A DNA stretch of 54,410 nt. Source: Catajapyx aquilonaris (Eukaryota). The stretch is taken from the NCBI GenBank assembly GCA_000934665.2, contig KZ538676.1:1-54410 (forward strand), written 5' to 3'. Shown here piece by piece: positions 37,707 to 49,990 of this stretch (its first letter is position 1; every line of letters starts with the position of its first letter). A program made the position numbers and the translations under genes. The notes beneath the pieces were generated by a model. It was not told where the DNA came from. It did no database searches and saw only the letters and a list, made by a program, of their open reading frames with translations.

Positions 37707-38934
37707 TTAGTAAGCTACTTGTAAGCTTTTGCATTCGAATAGTTAGTTATTCCTTTATAAAACCGGTATGCTAATAGCCTAATAAGTACAATAGAGCATT
37801 CCATTTTATCACAGTGCAGTGTACCTCATAATGCTGCTTAGGTAGCAGATAGAACTGATCACCCATCCTTATAATCGTACTACTTGCTGTGAGCCAAAAC
37901 TAATAGGTGTTATTCAAGGTAATGACTCCTGCAATAAACCAAACCAAGTTTATGTCAGATTATCGTTGGCGGGGCATCGGGAAGTGTTTTCGCGGGTTGA
38001 ACGTGGCTGAAATCCCGTTTGGGGTTACAGTTTTTTAAATAAGCCTGGTAAAAGTGCTTTTAATTAATCGCCAACTTTAAAGAGAAATAGGTAGGAGGAG
38101 TGCGACCCACAGAAAACGCTTATACCATTCACGTCAAATATGACGGCAGTATGTCAAGTTTTAATTTGAATAGCCCTACTATTTAAATGTATGAAGTTTG
38201 CGTATGAAGACCTCGAAGGAAGAACGATCAAGGTCCACCTCAGCCTCAGGTGAAACTGAGATATTCAAACTTTAAATTTCGAAGGAGCATAAGGTTCCAT
38301 GGTAAATCCCACTTTCGGAGCCTTCCATAGTGACCTATGTTCATTACTCCACAATCACGACCAAACCATCATATTATACACTAGTCACTAGTGAAACTAT
38401 CTTCTGAGATAATATGTAACGGATTATTGACAAAAAGTTGATCGTTCTTTCCCCGGGGTCTTCACATAGTCCAGCTGTTCTCAACCGTTGCCACATCGGG
38501 CCCCCCTGGAAAGTACTTTCAGATATCGCCCCCCCCCCCACCCGCCGCTTTTTTCTCCCCCCAAAGCCAATAAGCCCGCCGCAGGCTAAAAATGTTCTTC
38601 AAGGTCACACACACTTAGGTGAATGTTATAACTGACAAAGTACAGTGAAATCCTCCTATACTGTAAGCACATATGATATAAACAAGTAGAAAGATTGGTC
38701 CCTTCATATTTCCAGCAGTGCCAATGTACAAGTGCAGTTGAATCCGGATATAACAGACTTGCCTGCTATTATTTGACTGCACAAATCCTTATTCAGAACT
38801 GCACATGTGGCTTTTAGAACTGCAAAAATTGTGTAGAACAGCACGCTACAGTAAGCCCTGAGTAGTTCTTACCCAATCAGTGCGACTTTTGTGCCTGCTT
38901 CGAGTCAAATAATTTTTGGAATCGCCCCCCCCCC

Positions 38935-38975
38935 NNNNNNNNNNNNNNNNNNNNNNNNNNNNNNNNNNNNNNNNN
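38935..38975. other. Assembly gap (N run) inside a poly-C tract
   Basis: Directly visible. Confidence 0.99.
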
Positions 38976-39168
38976 CCCCCCCACACACACACACATTTGA
39001 GTACCGTAAAAAGGCATTTTATAGGGTAAAGAAAACACAATATATTTTCGTAATATAATTATTACCTAATAGGCCTACTTAATTAACCCAACATTTAATG
39101 AGATGGTTGCACTTGCATCAGGCAAACAACTGCATAATTGGCGGATGAGTGTTTGTATGTAATTGTTT

Positions 39169-39367
39169 TTAAACGTGGTGACCCCAAAGAAAACCCTTCG
39201 CGACTCCCTTGGGGGTTGGTACTTTAGTCTATTGGAAATACCACCCGAGACGAAGCCAGAGATGGTCCAACTAACTCTGCACGAGATGAAGGGGGTGTCC
39301 CCGGGCGGGATTTGATCCCGGGACCTTAAATGGGCGCATATGTTCCCGCAGCACCACTCCGCATCCC
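39169..39367 (-). mobile_element. SINE family 1, 3'-truncated copy
   Basis: Matches 4065-4250 (GGAAATACCACCCGAGACGAAGCCAGAG...CTCTGCACGAGATGAAGGGGG...GCAGCACCACTCCGC). Confidence 0.85.
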
Positions 39368-39371
39368 TTTC

Positions 39372-40110
39372 GTATCTTAATGATTTAAGCTTTGAAATGC
39401 TAGCCCACAAAAGGACCTTGGGTTCACTGGGCTTAATAAACAAACAAACAAACAAACAAGCTTTGAAATGCTAAGAAAGGTCTAACACTCTAACGTTTTG
39501 GACTCACCTTAGTTTTTTCGATGTGAGCTTCATGTACGTGTCGCTCGTCAGATTTTAAAAAAAATACGATTTTCGGTCTCGTGCCAAACCCGCTCAATCA
39601 TATCTGGAGATACGGTTGCGATCCTATCCCTGTGATGGGGGTTTACCCCATACATATTGTTCTTGATGATGCACATAAGAATTCGCCTCATCCATGAAAC
39701 AAACCTCCCATAGGAAAGTTTCATTTGGCTAGCCTCCCAGTGCGCGAAGTCTTTAATGAGAAGTTTCCCAATGCCTAGCGCCCCCCCCTCCCCGCCCCCA
39801 GAAGCCCAGATCGCATCCCGATTGACTTTTCTGTGGAGACACATGCATGGTGAAAAGATTCAGTATCTCCAGCACCTATGGAATAGGATCACAATGGTGA
39901 CTCCAGACATGTCTGCTTGGATTAAGCACGGCGCCGTATTTACCGTATTTACATTTTCCGAGCGACAAATGGAGCTCATATCGAAACAAACTAGAGCAAA
40001 ACCAAAACTTTAGACATTTCTTAGCATTTCAAAACTTAAATCATTTAGATATGTCTACAAATTCTCGAGTTCTTTGGTTTCAAAATCCGCCCATTTTTTC
40101 GATCACCCTG
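39372..40110. mobile_element. Tc1/mariner-superfamily relic built from two inverted transposase 3' ends
   Basis: Plus arm: NEKFPN..PPRSPD..DF.LW..NRITMVTPDM..RATNGAHIE; minus arm: NETF..IKNNMY..RDRIATVSPDMIERVWHETENR..AHIE; IR ATGATTTAAG(C/T)TTTGAAATGCTAAGAAA; right terminus CACCCTG+TA. Confidence 0.8.
39403..39457 (+). mobile_element. 55-bp extremely truncated retroposon with (AAAC)n tail
   Basis: 16-bp TSD AAGCTTTGAAATGCTA at 39387-39402 and 39458-39473. Confidence 0.85.
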
Positions 40111-40588
40111 TATTTAATGATGAGGCAAATTGTAGGGATGAGTAGTCCGGTCGAGAGTGAGTCAGGGTTGAACCCAGGGTATATCGTAGTTGGATCCGTA
40201 CACATAACGATAAAGAAAGTCGAGCAGCTTTTTCCGGAAAATTCGGTATACCAAGTATAGTATACTTCTTCGTGATATCTCAGATCGTTTCATAACTATG
40301 AGGTCGTACTGGATCATACCCTGGTCTCCCAGTCCGGACCTCCTGCGATAGATCCAAAACCATTTCTTTTAACTGGACTCTGTCGGAAATTTTCTGAAAG
40401 CTCCTGTTGGTCTGATACCGGATCCACTTTGAGGGGTTGAACATGGAGGTACCCTCTCTAAACCCAGCGTCAACTCTGACTCCGCGTTCGAAAATCAATT
40501 ATGTGAGCAGGCCTTAGGTTACTTGAAATGCTTATTTTAAACTCTAGTCAGGCCTATATCACTGAATCTGGACTCTAGTGAAACACTT

Positions 40589-40591
40589 CTT

Positions 40592-40642
<51 letters not shown>

Positions 40643-41300
40643 GCAACAACAATAACAGCAATAATAATCCGGGTAGTGCTTTCACTCCTCTTGACCTCTT
40701 CCCCCTTCATCTCGTGCAGAGTTCAGGGTCACCTCTGGCTTCGTCTCGGGTGGTATATCCACAGACTAAACCACCCGGGGGAGTTCACTAAAATGGCCAC
40801 ATAAAGACATTGCACTGCACCTTGCACATCCCCTCCTGTCATCCTGCCCGTGGGCCCGGACGCTTCAATAATTAGGTTCCAAATATATGTACATCGTACA
40901 AATAAAGGTCCGTGCTACATGCCGAGAAGGCCAAGCACTACCCGGATATTATTATTATTATTATTATCACTCCTCTTGACCTCTTGGGGTATATCGCACG
41001 GACCTTTATTAACTTTTGTGTACAGTCTGTAGGCTGCATATTGGAACCTTTTTACGAAGCGCCATGCCATGATCCGAGGGCAGGGATGAGTGGGAGGGGA
41101 TGTGCAAAGTGCAAGTGCAATGTCTTTGCTATGGTCGTTTTGTGTGGTTACTGGTTAGTCTCAAGGAGTCCCACCCGAGACGAAGCCAGAGACGACCCAA
41201 CTCTGCACGAGATGAAAGGGGGGGGGGGGGCTTGGGATGGAACCCAGGACCCTTACATCGGTGGGCGCATACGTTTCCGCAGCGCCACTCCGCCTCCCCT
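40589..41300 (-). mobile_element. SINE family 1, full length, host of a nested insertion
   Basis: Head at 41300, (AAT)n tail at 40593-40668 on the plus strand, 15-bp TSD TCTAGTGAAACACTT at 40574-40588 and 41301-41315. Confidence 0.92.
40701..40966 (+). mobile_element. SINE family 1, 5'-truncated, nested in opposite orientation
   Basis: 19-bp TSD TCACTCCTCTTGACCTCTT at 40682-40700 and 40967-40985; (TTA)n tail. Confidence 0.93.
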
Positions 41301-43963
41301 TCTAGTGAAACACTTGTTATTGATTGTTGACAACAATAGACCAAACAAGAGCATGAATAAATCCTCTAACCATATATGGTCTACCGGATAGCCTTAGTGT
41401 GCATCTAAATCAGCTAATCCTCACTCTCTTGCACGATGATAAGCTGGTGAGATTAGATGCCCAGACTCTCTCATTTTTGGGCTGACGGGTGCTTGGGCCT
41501 TCTGGCTTTGCCATATCCACCTCCGTCTAAGAGCTGGCCTGGGTAATACGTACCGCGGAGTCAGAATCGGCCACTCCTCTTCCTCACCCTGCCTAATCCT
41601 GATCCTGATATTCTCATCCTTCTACCATCATAGAACACACTCTCTGTTGACAAGTCTCAATACCAAGAGCCATGCTAGACTAGCGGGACAATACCGTCCA
41701 ACCAATAAGCACTATCAGTGATGTAAATCCTGGGCCTTATAACTTGGAAATTAATCATTATTTATCTTTCTGGGGTTAATTTAGCGAATTATTGGAAGAC
41801 ATGAACAGTAAATTTTGTGGATTTATGGTCACTTGGTGTAATGTGTACACAGGTTCCTGAAACCCGGGGGTTCTATTGACTCAGGATCAGTTACACCCGT
41901 CATCCACCTGATTCCCATCGATTTCAGAGTGGTTCCCAAGGTGCTAATCTTTTCCAAAAGGGGTACACTCGTTTCTGAAACCAACTGATCCCACTGGTTT
42001 CAGGCTACTGGCCTCGTTCGCACTGGGAAGCCTCTCGAATGATATCCTTACTCCTAACCCACTATAGACGAAATACTGAATTACTGTCGTCATAATCAGT
42101 CGTATGGCGGCTTCATACTCTGAATAATACGCATCTTGACGACTCTTGTCGGGCCTATCTGAAGGAAACCTCAAAATTGTACCTCTTTGTATGGTTATCC
42201 TTGTCATTTTCTGTACGATATGATTGATTCTGAGGATCTATTGGGTGTTTCAAGCTCAAGGCCACTCTGACTTGAATTAAAATACCGGTATCTGCTGAAA
42301 GTGAAATATATTTATTTCGTTTTCAGAGAGAAACAACCTGCAATTTTGGTGATGATGCATAAAATTACATGTTCGCCGTCAGATCTAGCCGAGACCTATG
42401 TCACTTACGCTGTAGTTACTGCAGTGGTGTTGTTATCAAATACGTGGTGATAATGTTCCATTGCAATAATTATTGGACGTCAATGATAGAATCCATTTGT
42501 CAGACCCAGTTTGCAGGTTTAAAAAGGGGTCCACAACCTAAAATTAGCAAATAATACTTATACGACCACTAAAAGTAACTACGCAAAAGAACTTGCTTAA
42601 AATAAGCGACTTGTTGCCAAAAATCGCGAACGGAAACGAACCATTCAATTGGATCACCCTGTATATGAAGTTACTGGAGGGTATGGCAGCAGTTCTATAA
42701 TTATGATTATGCATACTGATCCAGCTAAATGGAACTAATGTCATTATGTGATTTGTTATGTTCATATAGTCATGAATTATACCATTAAAATTACGATACT
42801 GACTGACTCACAATATGCTTATGCCGAAGCGAATACTTCTGCGGTCCAGGACACCAATGATTTTTCTAAAGATTCATATTAGGCTATAATTACTCTCTAT
42901 GTGGTACAAGTAAATGAAGGAGGAATCAAGGCATTGTGGCCTCCTCCCAGTAACGTACGTTTTCTTACATCCAATCTGTGCCTTTGTGAAAATATACATT
43001 ATGCATTGTTCATTAAGGAAAGTTGATTAACTAAACATAGGGAATTTGGCCTGTATGGGAGTTATACATATTCTAAAACTATGCCAATGTTAATCACAAT
43101 ACAGTATGCCGCAGCCATTCTCCATTGCTAATAACCAACCAACAGAGCTGCTTATTCAGCCTAAAACTTGTATTATCCCAACTGTTATTTAAAGCAATAA
43201 GGAAAGCCATTTACACTAGATAGAGAGAGGAAGAAAAAAGAACTGCACAATTATCCTCTGGCCACATTACAAGAAAAGGCCTGCAATTAGCAAGTGGAGC
43301 GCACAATTTCCCAAAAAGCCTGTGGAAGAAAATGGGAAAAGGGCACCAAACACGCAGGTAACCGCGGGACATTAATATTTCACATCGGCTGGGGAACGGG
43401 CTGGGGTTTTCCCTCATTCCAGATTTTGACTTGTGTGAACCCGTTTCTGGAAATCCCAAATGGATCCAATGCTCCCAATTTTCCATGCCTTTGTTCCAAG
43501 CAGCTTGCAGAGACTGTCTTTTTCATCTTTAGTCATTTGCAGTTTTGAAAGTTCGAAAAGGTGCCTACTCATCAAAAAGTATTAGCTCGTAATATCAGAT
43601 TGCAAGTGACCATATTTTTACAGGCTACTGGCATCTAAAACATGGATTCAGTCATTGATATTCGACGACAATTGTTCCCATGGGCCATTCCTAATCGGAA
43701 ATTCATTGCCGTTCAGAGCTTGAATGGATGATTCAGTTTAGCAGCTAACACTTTTGATAACCATTAAAAACAACCATGCAACAGTAACTGCTTAAAAGTA
43801 ATCGAAAAAATCGATCGCCACTAATATCAATTCGATTGGAACATCCTGCATCTATAAATACAAAACGTGTGTTACACTATTAGGTGTCCACGTCACAAAG
43901 GCCGGGGTCCAATTCCGGGCTAGATAAGGCAGTTTTGACAGTCGATTCATGCAACTGCTTGCG

Positions 43964-43967
<4 letters not shown>

Positions 43968-44010
<43 letters not shown>
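43968..44010. repeat. (CT)n microsatellite
   Basis: Directly visible. Confidence 0.98.
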
Positions 44011-44015
<5 letters not shown>

Positions 44016-45034
44016 TTTCCTTTTCCCTCTCCCAGAGTCTAAAGGCCACTTTATCTTAATCTGTCACGAATACAAATGCTATCGCCACTGTTTTCGTGTC
44101 GCTACATAGCAACTAATGGCGCGACACGAGAGCAGCCCCCGACTTTCTAGACGCAACTCTTTCTAAAATAAGTCATGTCCGTGGGAAGCATTCCAGATTA
44201 CCACCTTTTTGCCTTTGTTTTCCTTTCCTTCCCCTGCGATGCGATTTATTCGTAAAATACTCTGGCAATTGCAGTGGAAATAATTACCACAGAATACTAG
44301 CATTTTGAACTCTTAGTAGTCTAGATCTAGGGGTCTATTGGTAAACTTGTCCAATTTTAGAATGAATTTAAATAAAACATGAACTGGGGTTTCCTCGATG
44401 CTATTATTGTTGTAATTATTGATATTCGATAATACTAATTTTACTATAATAAAAATATGTAAGATTAGAGGTGGAAAAATTAATTTTAATGCATTTAATA
44501 TTCTAGAATTTTAAGAATAATTAGTCGTAAAATGTATAATTTTTAACTATAGTATGTACAGATGTAACTTTCTTAGTAATAAACGATAGGTAAAAATGGT
44601 CGGTCAATTCCCTATGTCTACGAATGAGGCAATAAATCGCAGTACGCTGCAATATGTCCGCAAAACAAACATTTTCTCTCTAATTAACGACGAAAATAAT
44701 GGAAGAAAAACCCTCGTTGCATTTTGGCTGGCAGATTTCTGCAGTAATTAATTTTCCGGCCACGGACACAACATTCCGGTGGCCGAATTCTCCGGCAATT
44801 CCACCAATTGATTTCATAATACCCCGAGAGCAATGAAACACACACACCCACACATGCACGTACGATATATACGGTGCATATGAGGAATTATACTGGTCGC
44901 CGGATTAAATCATCAAGTGGTGAAGGTTGTTGACGGAGCAATTCGCAGGCAATGATTTGTCATAATCCGGGAAAGCTGGTCTGGATTGGTTATGTTTGTT
45001 GCAATTCCTGACGCTGAGTTATTATCCGTTTGCT

Positions 45035-45048
45035 CCACCAGATGGCGC
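45035..45048 (+). promoter_or_regulatory. Candidate CTCF binding site
   Basis: CCACCAGATGGCGC fits the CTCF core consensus CCASYAGRKGGCRS. Confidence 0.45.
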
Positions 45049-46505
45049 CAACCTCGGTCCCCGCCAACGCTTATATTTATGCTTCCTTCATAAATCTCCC
45101 CGCCAAAAGCCGTCACCTGCTTCTTACTTACACGCAAAAGGTTGCCATGCCTGGAATTTTTATCGCTTCCTGGCTTTTGTTCTCACCAAGGAAGGTATTA
45201 TCATCTCTATTCCAAAACGTAGGGGCGGTGAAATGGCATTTCGGAAACGGGCCTATTTTGCTTTTATGACCACATATAGAAAAAAATACGTCGTAAAATT
45301 ACATCATACACAATTTATATTATGTAACGCTGCATAAGCAGATATATTTTTGTTGTTGAGGATAATACTCCTCAATAATACCAACATTATTATATGTATT
45401 TCATACGTGTTTACAAACTATGCACCATCCGCATGAGAATGGCTGAAGTTAATTATGATTCTGGCAAACCTTAAGGGCAAAAAGTTGTCGAGGGTTGTAA
45501 AAAGCCAAAGTAATATATAAAAATATCCGGAGGCTGCATGTTGTCTGGTCTTTCGCGCTCCGGATAATTGGTTTTATCAGAAAGACTTTGCTAGAAAACC
45601 CATCTAATCTTCCAATGCGCTAGAACTAGCAACCTGGGAGTGAGTATTTATCCGCAAGGTATAATCGCCTTGGGCATACACCACATGAACCTGTCAAAAG
45701 TTAACCTTGATGAGGAATTACCTTGGGCAGCAACCCTATTTTTGAGTATAGGTACTGCAGGCTATACGAGAGAGAATCCAGATGTGTGCTTTTTTGATCA
45801 AGCCAACTCCCTCTCTGGTAAGAGTCGTAATTAGAGTATAGGTAGGTATAAAATGCTTTAGAAAACAAACTCGATGATTGCCGCCTACTTGTCCAGGCCA
45901 GTCAGGCCATACGACAAATTAATGCGAAATTAATTACTAGGTCCTTAATTCTAGAGAGTTGAAGCGGAAGTCGGTTTTGCTGGCGTCTATTGGCCTATTA
46001 AGGGGCCAAGTGGATATTTTTTGAGCAACAATGCCGGGTTAGCTGAGATCGGCGAGCCTTTTTTAATGGGATCGCATAATATTTAGCTGGGGGCCCTTCT
46101 GGGGCGAGGGGCCGGCCGGGGGCGGCGGGTCTAAAAAATAACGCGTTGCAATTTGACGGCCCCCGCTTAGTCTCTCTTCATAATTAATCAGCTGCTGGTC
46201 GGGTCCACTATGGGATTTTGCGCGGCGCAGGACAATAAGCACAAAATGCGGAAATAATGAAGCGGTTCTATCTGGCAACGCTCGAGTGCAAAGCGAGGGG
46301 GAATAATTTAGGCTCCCTGTTGGCAACCTTGGACCGCACTTTTGGGAGCTCAAAGCAACCCAAAAGCTATTGGAAACCCCACCCCCCAACTCGATACTTG
46401 CACTACATTTACTATGTCATGGGAAAAAAATTTGGCGTTGTTCCCGGGAACAACTAATCCTGGGGAAAAAATCGGCGCACGCACACATGATTACTGGCCC
46501 TTTAC

Positions 46506-46570
46506 ATGTATGTATGTATGATGTATGTATGTATGTATGTTAAGCCCAAGGGAGTATTACTCCCAATTAT
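46506..46570 (-). mobile_element. Probable retroposon 3' end with (CATA)n tail
   Basis: rc GGGAGTAATACTCCC hairpin + TTGGGCTTAA + (CATA)n; same TGGGCTTAA pre-tail motif as 39403-39457. 5' extent unknown. Confidence 0.45.
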
Positions 46571-47013
46571 TTTTCACAAACCCCGTTTCTCCACACATTC
46601 CACTCATTAGCTCAGGGGACTTTATTCACAATAACGGATATAGGACCTACCATCACTTATCTAGCTTAACATATAATTACACAAAATTTTACCTGGCTTG
46701 GTTGCATCTGTACAGTGCGTGGGTCAATATTTGTCCCACTTCAGTAAATGGTAAACTGCGATCTTGTAAAATTTCCGATAAAATTTCATGACATTACAAT
46801 GTATCAAAGCACATACTCATTCAGGAAACAAATTATCGTTAGAAAATAACAATTTGGCCCTTTAGCAAATATTGACCTATAAAGTATAGAATGACTTTGA
46901 AAAATTCCCACAGTAAAAAACCAGTCTCCATAGTTGCCGACAAAGCTCTAATCTGGTCCTAACTACTAAACGCTTACACTCCAATACTACGTCATCATGG
47001 ACCATGTCTGCTC

Positions 47014-47160
47014 TGTACATCAGTCCAAAAAAAACTTTCCCAGTCATCCTGATGTGTGTGCTGCCCGCTCGACACACACCATGTAACTTACATGGTGTGT
47101 GTCAAGCGGGCAGCCCACACGTCAGGATGACTGGGAAAGTTCTTTTTGCACTGTTGTACA
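47014..47160. mobile_element. 147-bp near-perfect palindrome (hairpin MITE)
   Basis: Arms of about 73 bp meet at CATGTAA-C-TTACATG with a 1-nt centre; TA-containing ends. Confidence 0.85.
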
Positions 47161-47274
47161 GTACCAGTGTTTCGAACTTCTGTGAATGACAACTTGTAAT
47201 AACTGGTCAATATATTTATTGCCACTGTGGCTTTTCTGTAAACACCGTGTTAGCATGAATAGGCCAACACTATA

Positions 47275-47636
47275 CAGTGTGTTCACGAATTCATCTGCCT
47301 AAATGATACGGGTGGTAGGCGGGTGAGTATGATAAAGGCACGGCATGGGCCCGAAAGGCCGGCGACGCGACGTCTAGATGTCGACCTTTGACATCGACGA
47401 TGACTCTCGTGACAAGTATGGATACATGCTTGCATTGCTGGTTGCCATGGCCAGGCGGTTGAGCAATAGTAGTGCGAGCGCCTGGCCACCGGCAACCAGC
47501 AATGCAGGCATGCACGGGGGTATCCATACTTGCCAGGATAGACATCGTCGACTGCCTTTCGGACCTCTATGCCATGCTTCTTCCATACGCACCCGGCACC
47601 AATATAATTTTGGCAGACGAGTTTGGGAACATCCTG
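47275..47636. mobile_element. GC-rich palindromic MITE, copy 2 (family of 27079-27469)
   Basis: TA-flanked; shares GGGCCCGAAAGGCCGG, CCGGCAACCAGCAATGCAG and CGGGGGTATCCA with copy 1. Confidence 0.9.
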
Positions 47637-47651
47637 TATTATTATGTAATG

Positions 47652-47964
47652 CAGGGCTTTCCGAAAGAAGGTACCAATTAAAAATTAAATTAGTTTTGAG
47701 TGAAAAGTGATAACTGATAAGTAACTGAAACAATTTAATAATAATATTGGCTACATACGAGGTGCTTCACAATTTATCGAGAAATGTTGCATGTGGCTGC
47801 TCTGTGCTACGCGGCAGGTATACCAACTCCTTAGGAATTGCAACATCTCCAGATAAAAATGTGAAGTATGTCGTTTACTCATGCAACTTGTTACAAGTAA
47901 ATAGCCAATTTAATTCGAAAGGTCCGTAATTACAAAACTGGTCACCTACTTTTGGAAAGCCCTG
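47652..47964. mobile_element. Tc1/mariner-type MITE
   Basis: CAGGGCTTTCCGAAAGAAGGT ... ACCTACTTTTGGAAAGCCCTG + TA. Confidence 0.7.
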
Positions 47965-49319
47965 TATAGCCTACTTGTACACTGCCCAAGATGGTACCTC
48001 CAGCAATAGATCGGTGTAATAAATATGGTGGATTACTCACTTCAGTCGCGCATGTTCATTCCCACTGATAGGTCCCGATGTGTACAGTGAAAATGTATTC
48101 CTAAGCTATTATCTGTTCTAAGCTATTATTCGAAATAATAATGCAATGACATTATTTCTGCTGTGTGTATAATTCATGTTCAGCATGAGAAAGCAATTTA
48201 CAAATCCATTAAGACCTTTCACAGCGCAGGAAATGATTATGAACGTCATGCAGTAAATTATATTAACACAACTATGCCAGCACTAGCTTAATTTGTGTGG
48301 GCCTGATAAGTTGAGAACGAGTGCATTATCTATTTTCATATTGTTGGAAGTGCATAGCACTATTGTAAGTTCTCAGCGCCAGCGGAACTGGGTTACAGTA
48401 CCGGAATACATTGTGTCCAGTATAGTACCGGTACTTCAACTCTTCGATAATTATATTCACCCGTACTCATACTGTATGTTTTTTGAAAATGGCAACAAAT
48501 AATGACAACAAATAAAGCGGAAACTATACTGTAGGCACAGAGACTATACCTCAGAATATGCTGGGCATACAATATTACCGACTGTTGCAGTGTAATATCA
48601 TGTTATAGGAAAGCTTCCAGCAGCTATGAAAAGTTTCGCAAATCTTCATTGTTTTTAAAGAATAATTGATATCAACAGATACATTTACACAGCTGATTAG
48701 TGATTTTCAGGATCCCATTGCGTTCTACATGTGTGCGTGGTGCATGTAGCCTACTGTATTATGTTAGCATTATTGTAGTTGTAGCCGATGTCAAAATACA
48801 TTTTCATTCATATAGGCGGTGTGAGTATTGTTGTAATGCTTAAAATGATTATACTTCATAATTATGTGCGTTGTCGCTTTTAACTTCATCCTATGATGAA
48901 CACATTTGCGTTAAAAATATTCTAGTGTACCGTTCGCTCTGATGCGAGAACAAACAACCAGGTTCCATTTTTGTTTGTTTGTGCCTGATTACGTGGTTAT
49001 TATTCAGAAATGGAAAATTATAATACATTTTTGGGGGCGAAACTGCCTCGTGTCCCAATGCATATGCATGATTGACTGTAATTATTCAAAAATTATCGAG
49101 CTGGGCAGCAGTTGTCGAAAATAAAATCCATCTTTCTGACAGTGACTGGTTATTCTACTTTTACAAAAAAGACTCTGGTATGCATCCGACATTTGACGTC
49201 GGAATAGGATGAAACTATATTTATACTAATTCTGTAGTCCAGGCGAGCCTGTAGAATGGCATACAGGCCTACTACAGGTGAGACTAGCCTAATAAGGCAC
49301 GCAACATAATATTATAGAC

Positions 49320-49557
49320 CAGGGCTTCCCAAACTGTGGGTCGCCACCCCATTATTTTGGGGTTGCGATGGAGGATAACAAAGTATTTTTACAAAATTAT
49401 TCTATCTTTCTGGAAAAATATGCCTGTAAATGACAAGATGTGTTAATTTAGAGACTATTGTCATTGACTACCTCTCAGGGGAGTAGGGTTTAATTGGAAA
49501 TTAGGAGTCGCGAATTTTACGAGACGATTTTCTGGCGACAACGATTGGGAATCATTG
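49320..49557. mobile_element. hAT (Charlie-like) MITE
   Basis: CAGGGCTTCCCAA ... TTGGGAATCATTG termini; perfect 8-bp TSD TTATAGAC at 49312-49319 and 49558-49565. Confidence 0.85.
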
Positions 49558-49566
49558 TTATAGACG

Positions 49567-49990
49567 CAGTGATTCCCAAACTTTTTTTGCTCGCGGCCCA
49601 CATTAGATAGGGAAAATATCTCGCGGCCCACCTAGGGGGGGGGGAGAAAGCCCGCCGCAGGCGTAATTTTTGGGGGGAGTTCAAGGTCACACGAGCCTAG
49701 AGGTGAATGTGGGAGATTTGAATGGGTGTGTATTTGAGGGAATTTGTCAAGTGTCACAGCTGGGCGAAAAAGACTCGACCCAATCTTTTGAGTGAGAGTC
49801 ACCTCCCTTATTGAGAGCTGCAAAAATCATGCTACACAATATATGTATTTTTTTTACGTACTGTGCTCTTGCTCCTCATTTCGCAAGATCATTATTTCAT
49901 AGTTAAAAAATAAAAAATAAAGCTCGCGGCCCACTTGGAGGAGCCTCGCGGCATACCAGTGGGCCGCGGCCCATAGTTTGGGAACCACTG
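49567..49990. mobile_element. hAT (Charlie-like) MITE
   Basis: CAGTGATTCCCAAACT ... AGTTTGGGAACCACTG TIRs; repeated subterminal CGCGGCCCA; no matching TSD. Confidence 0.85.

Larger units (their letters stand above)
40113..42290 (-). pseudogene. Decayed coding-like segment of about 1.4 kb interrupted by nested SINEs (candidate endogenous viral element)
   Basis: Minus-strand frames chain with stops and frameshifts (ORFs 41944-42207 and 40280-40498 plus intervening peptides); no RT or transposase motif recognised. Confidence 0.3.
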
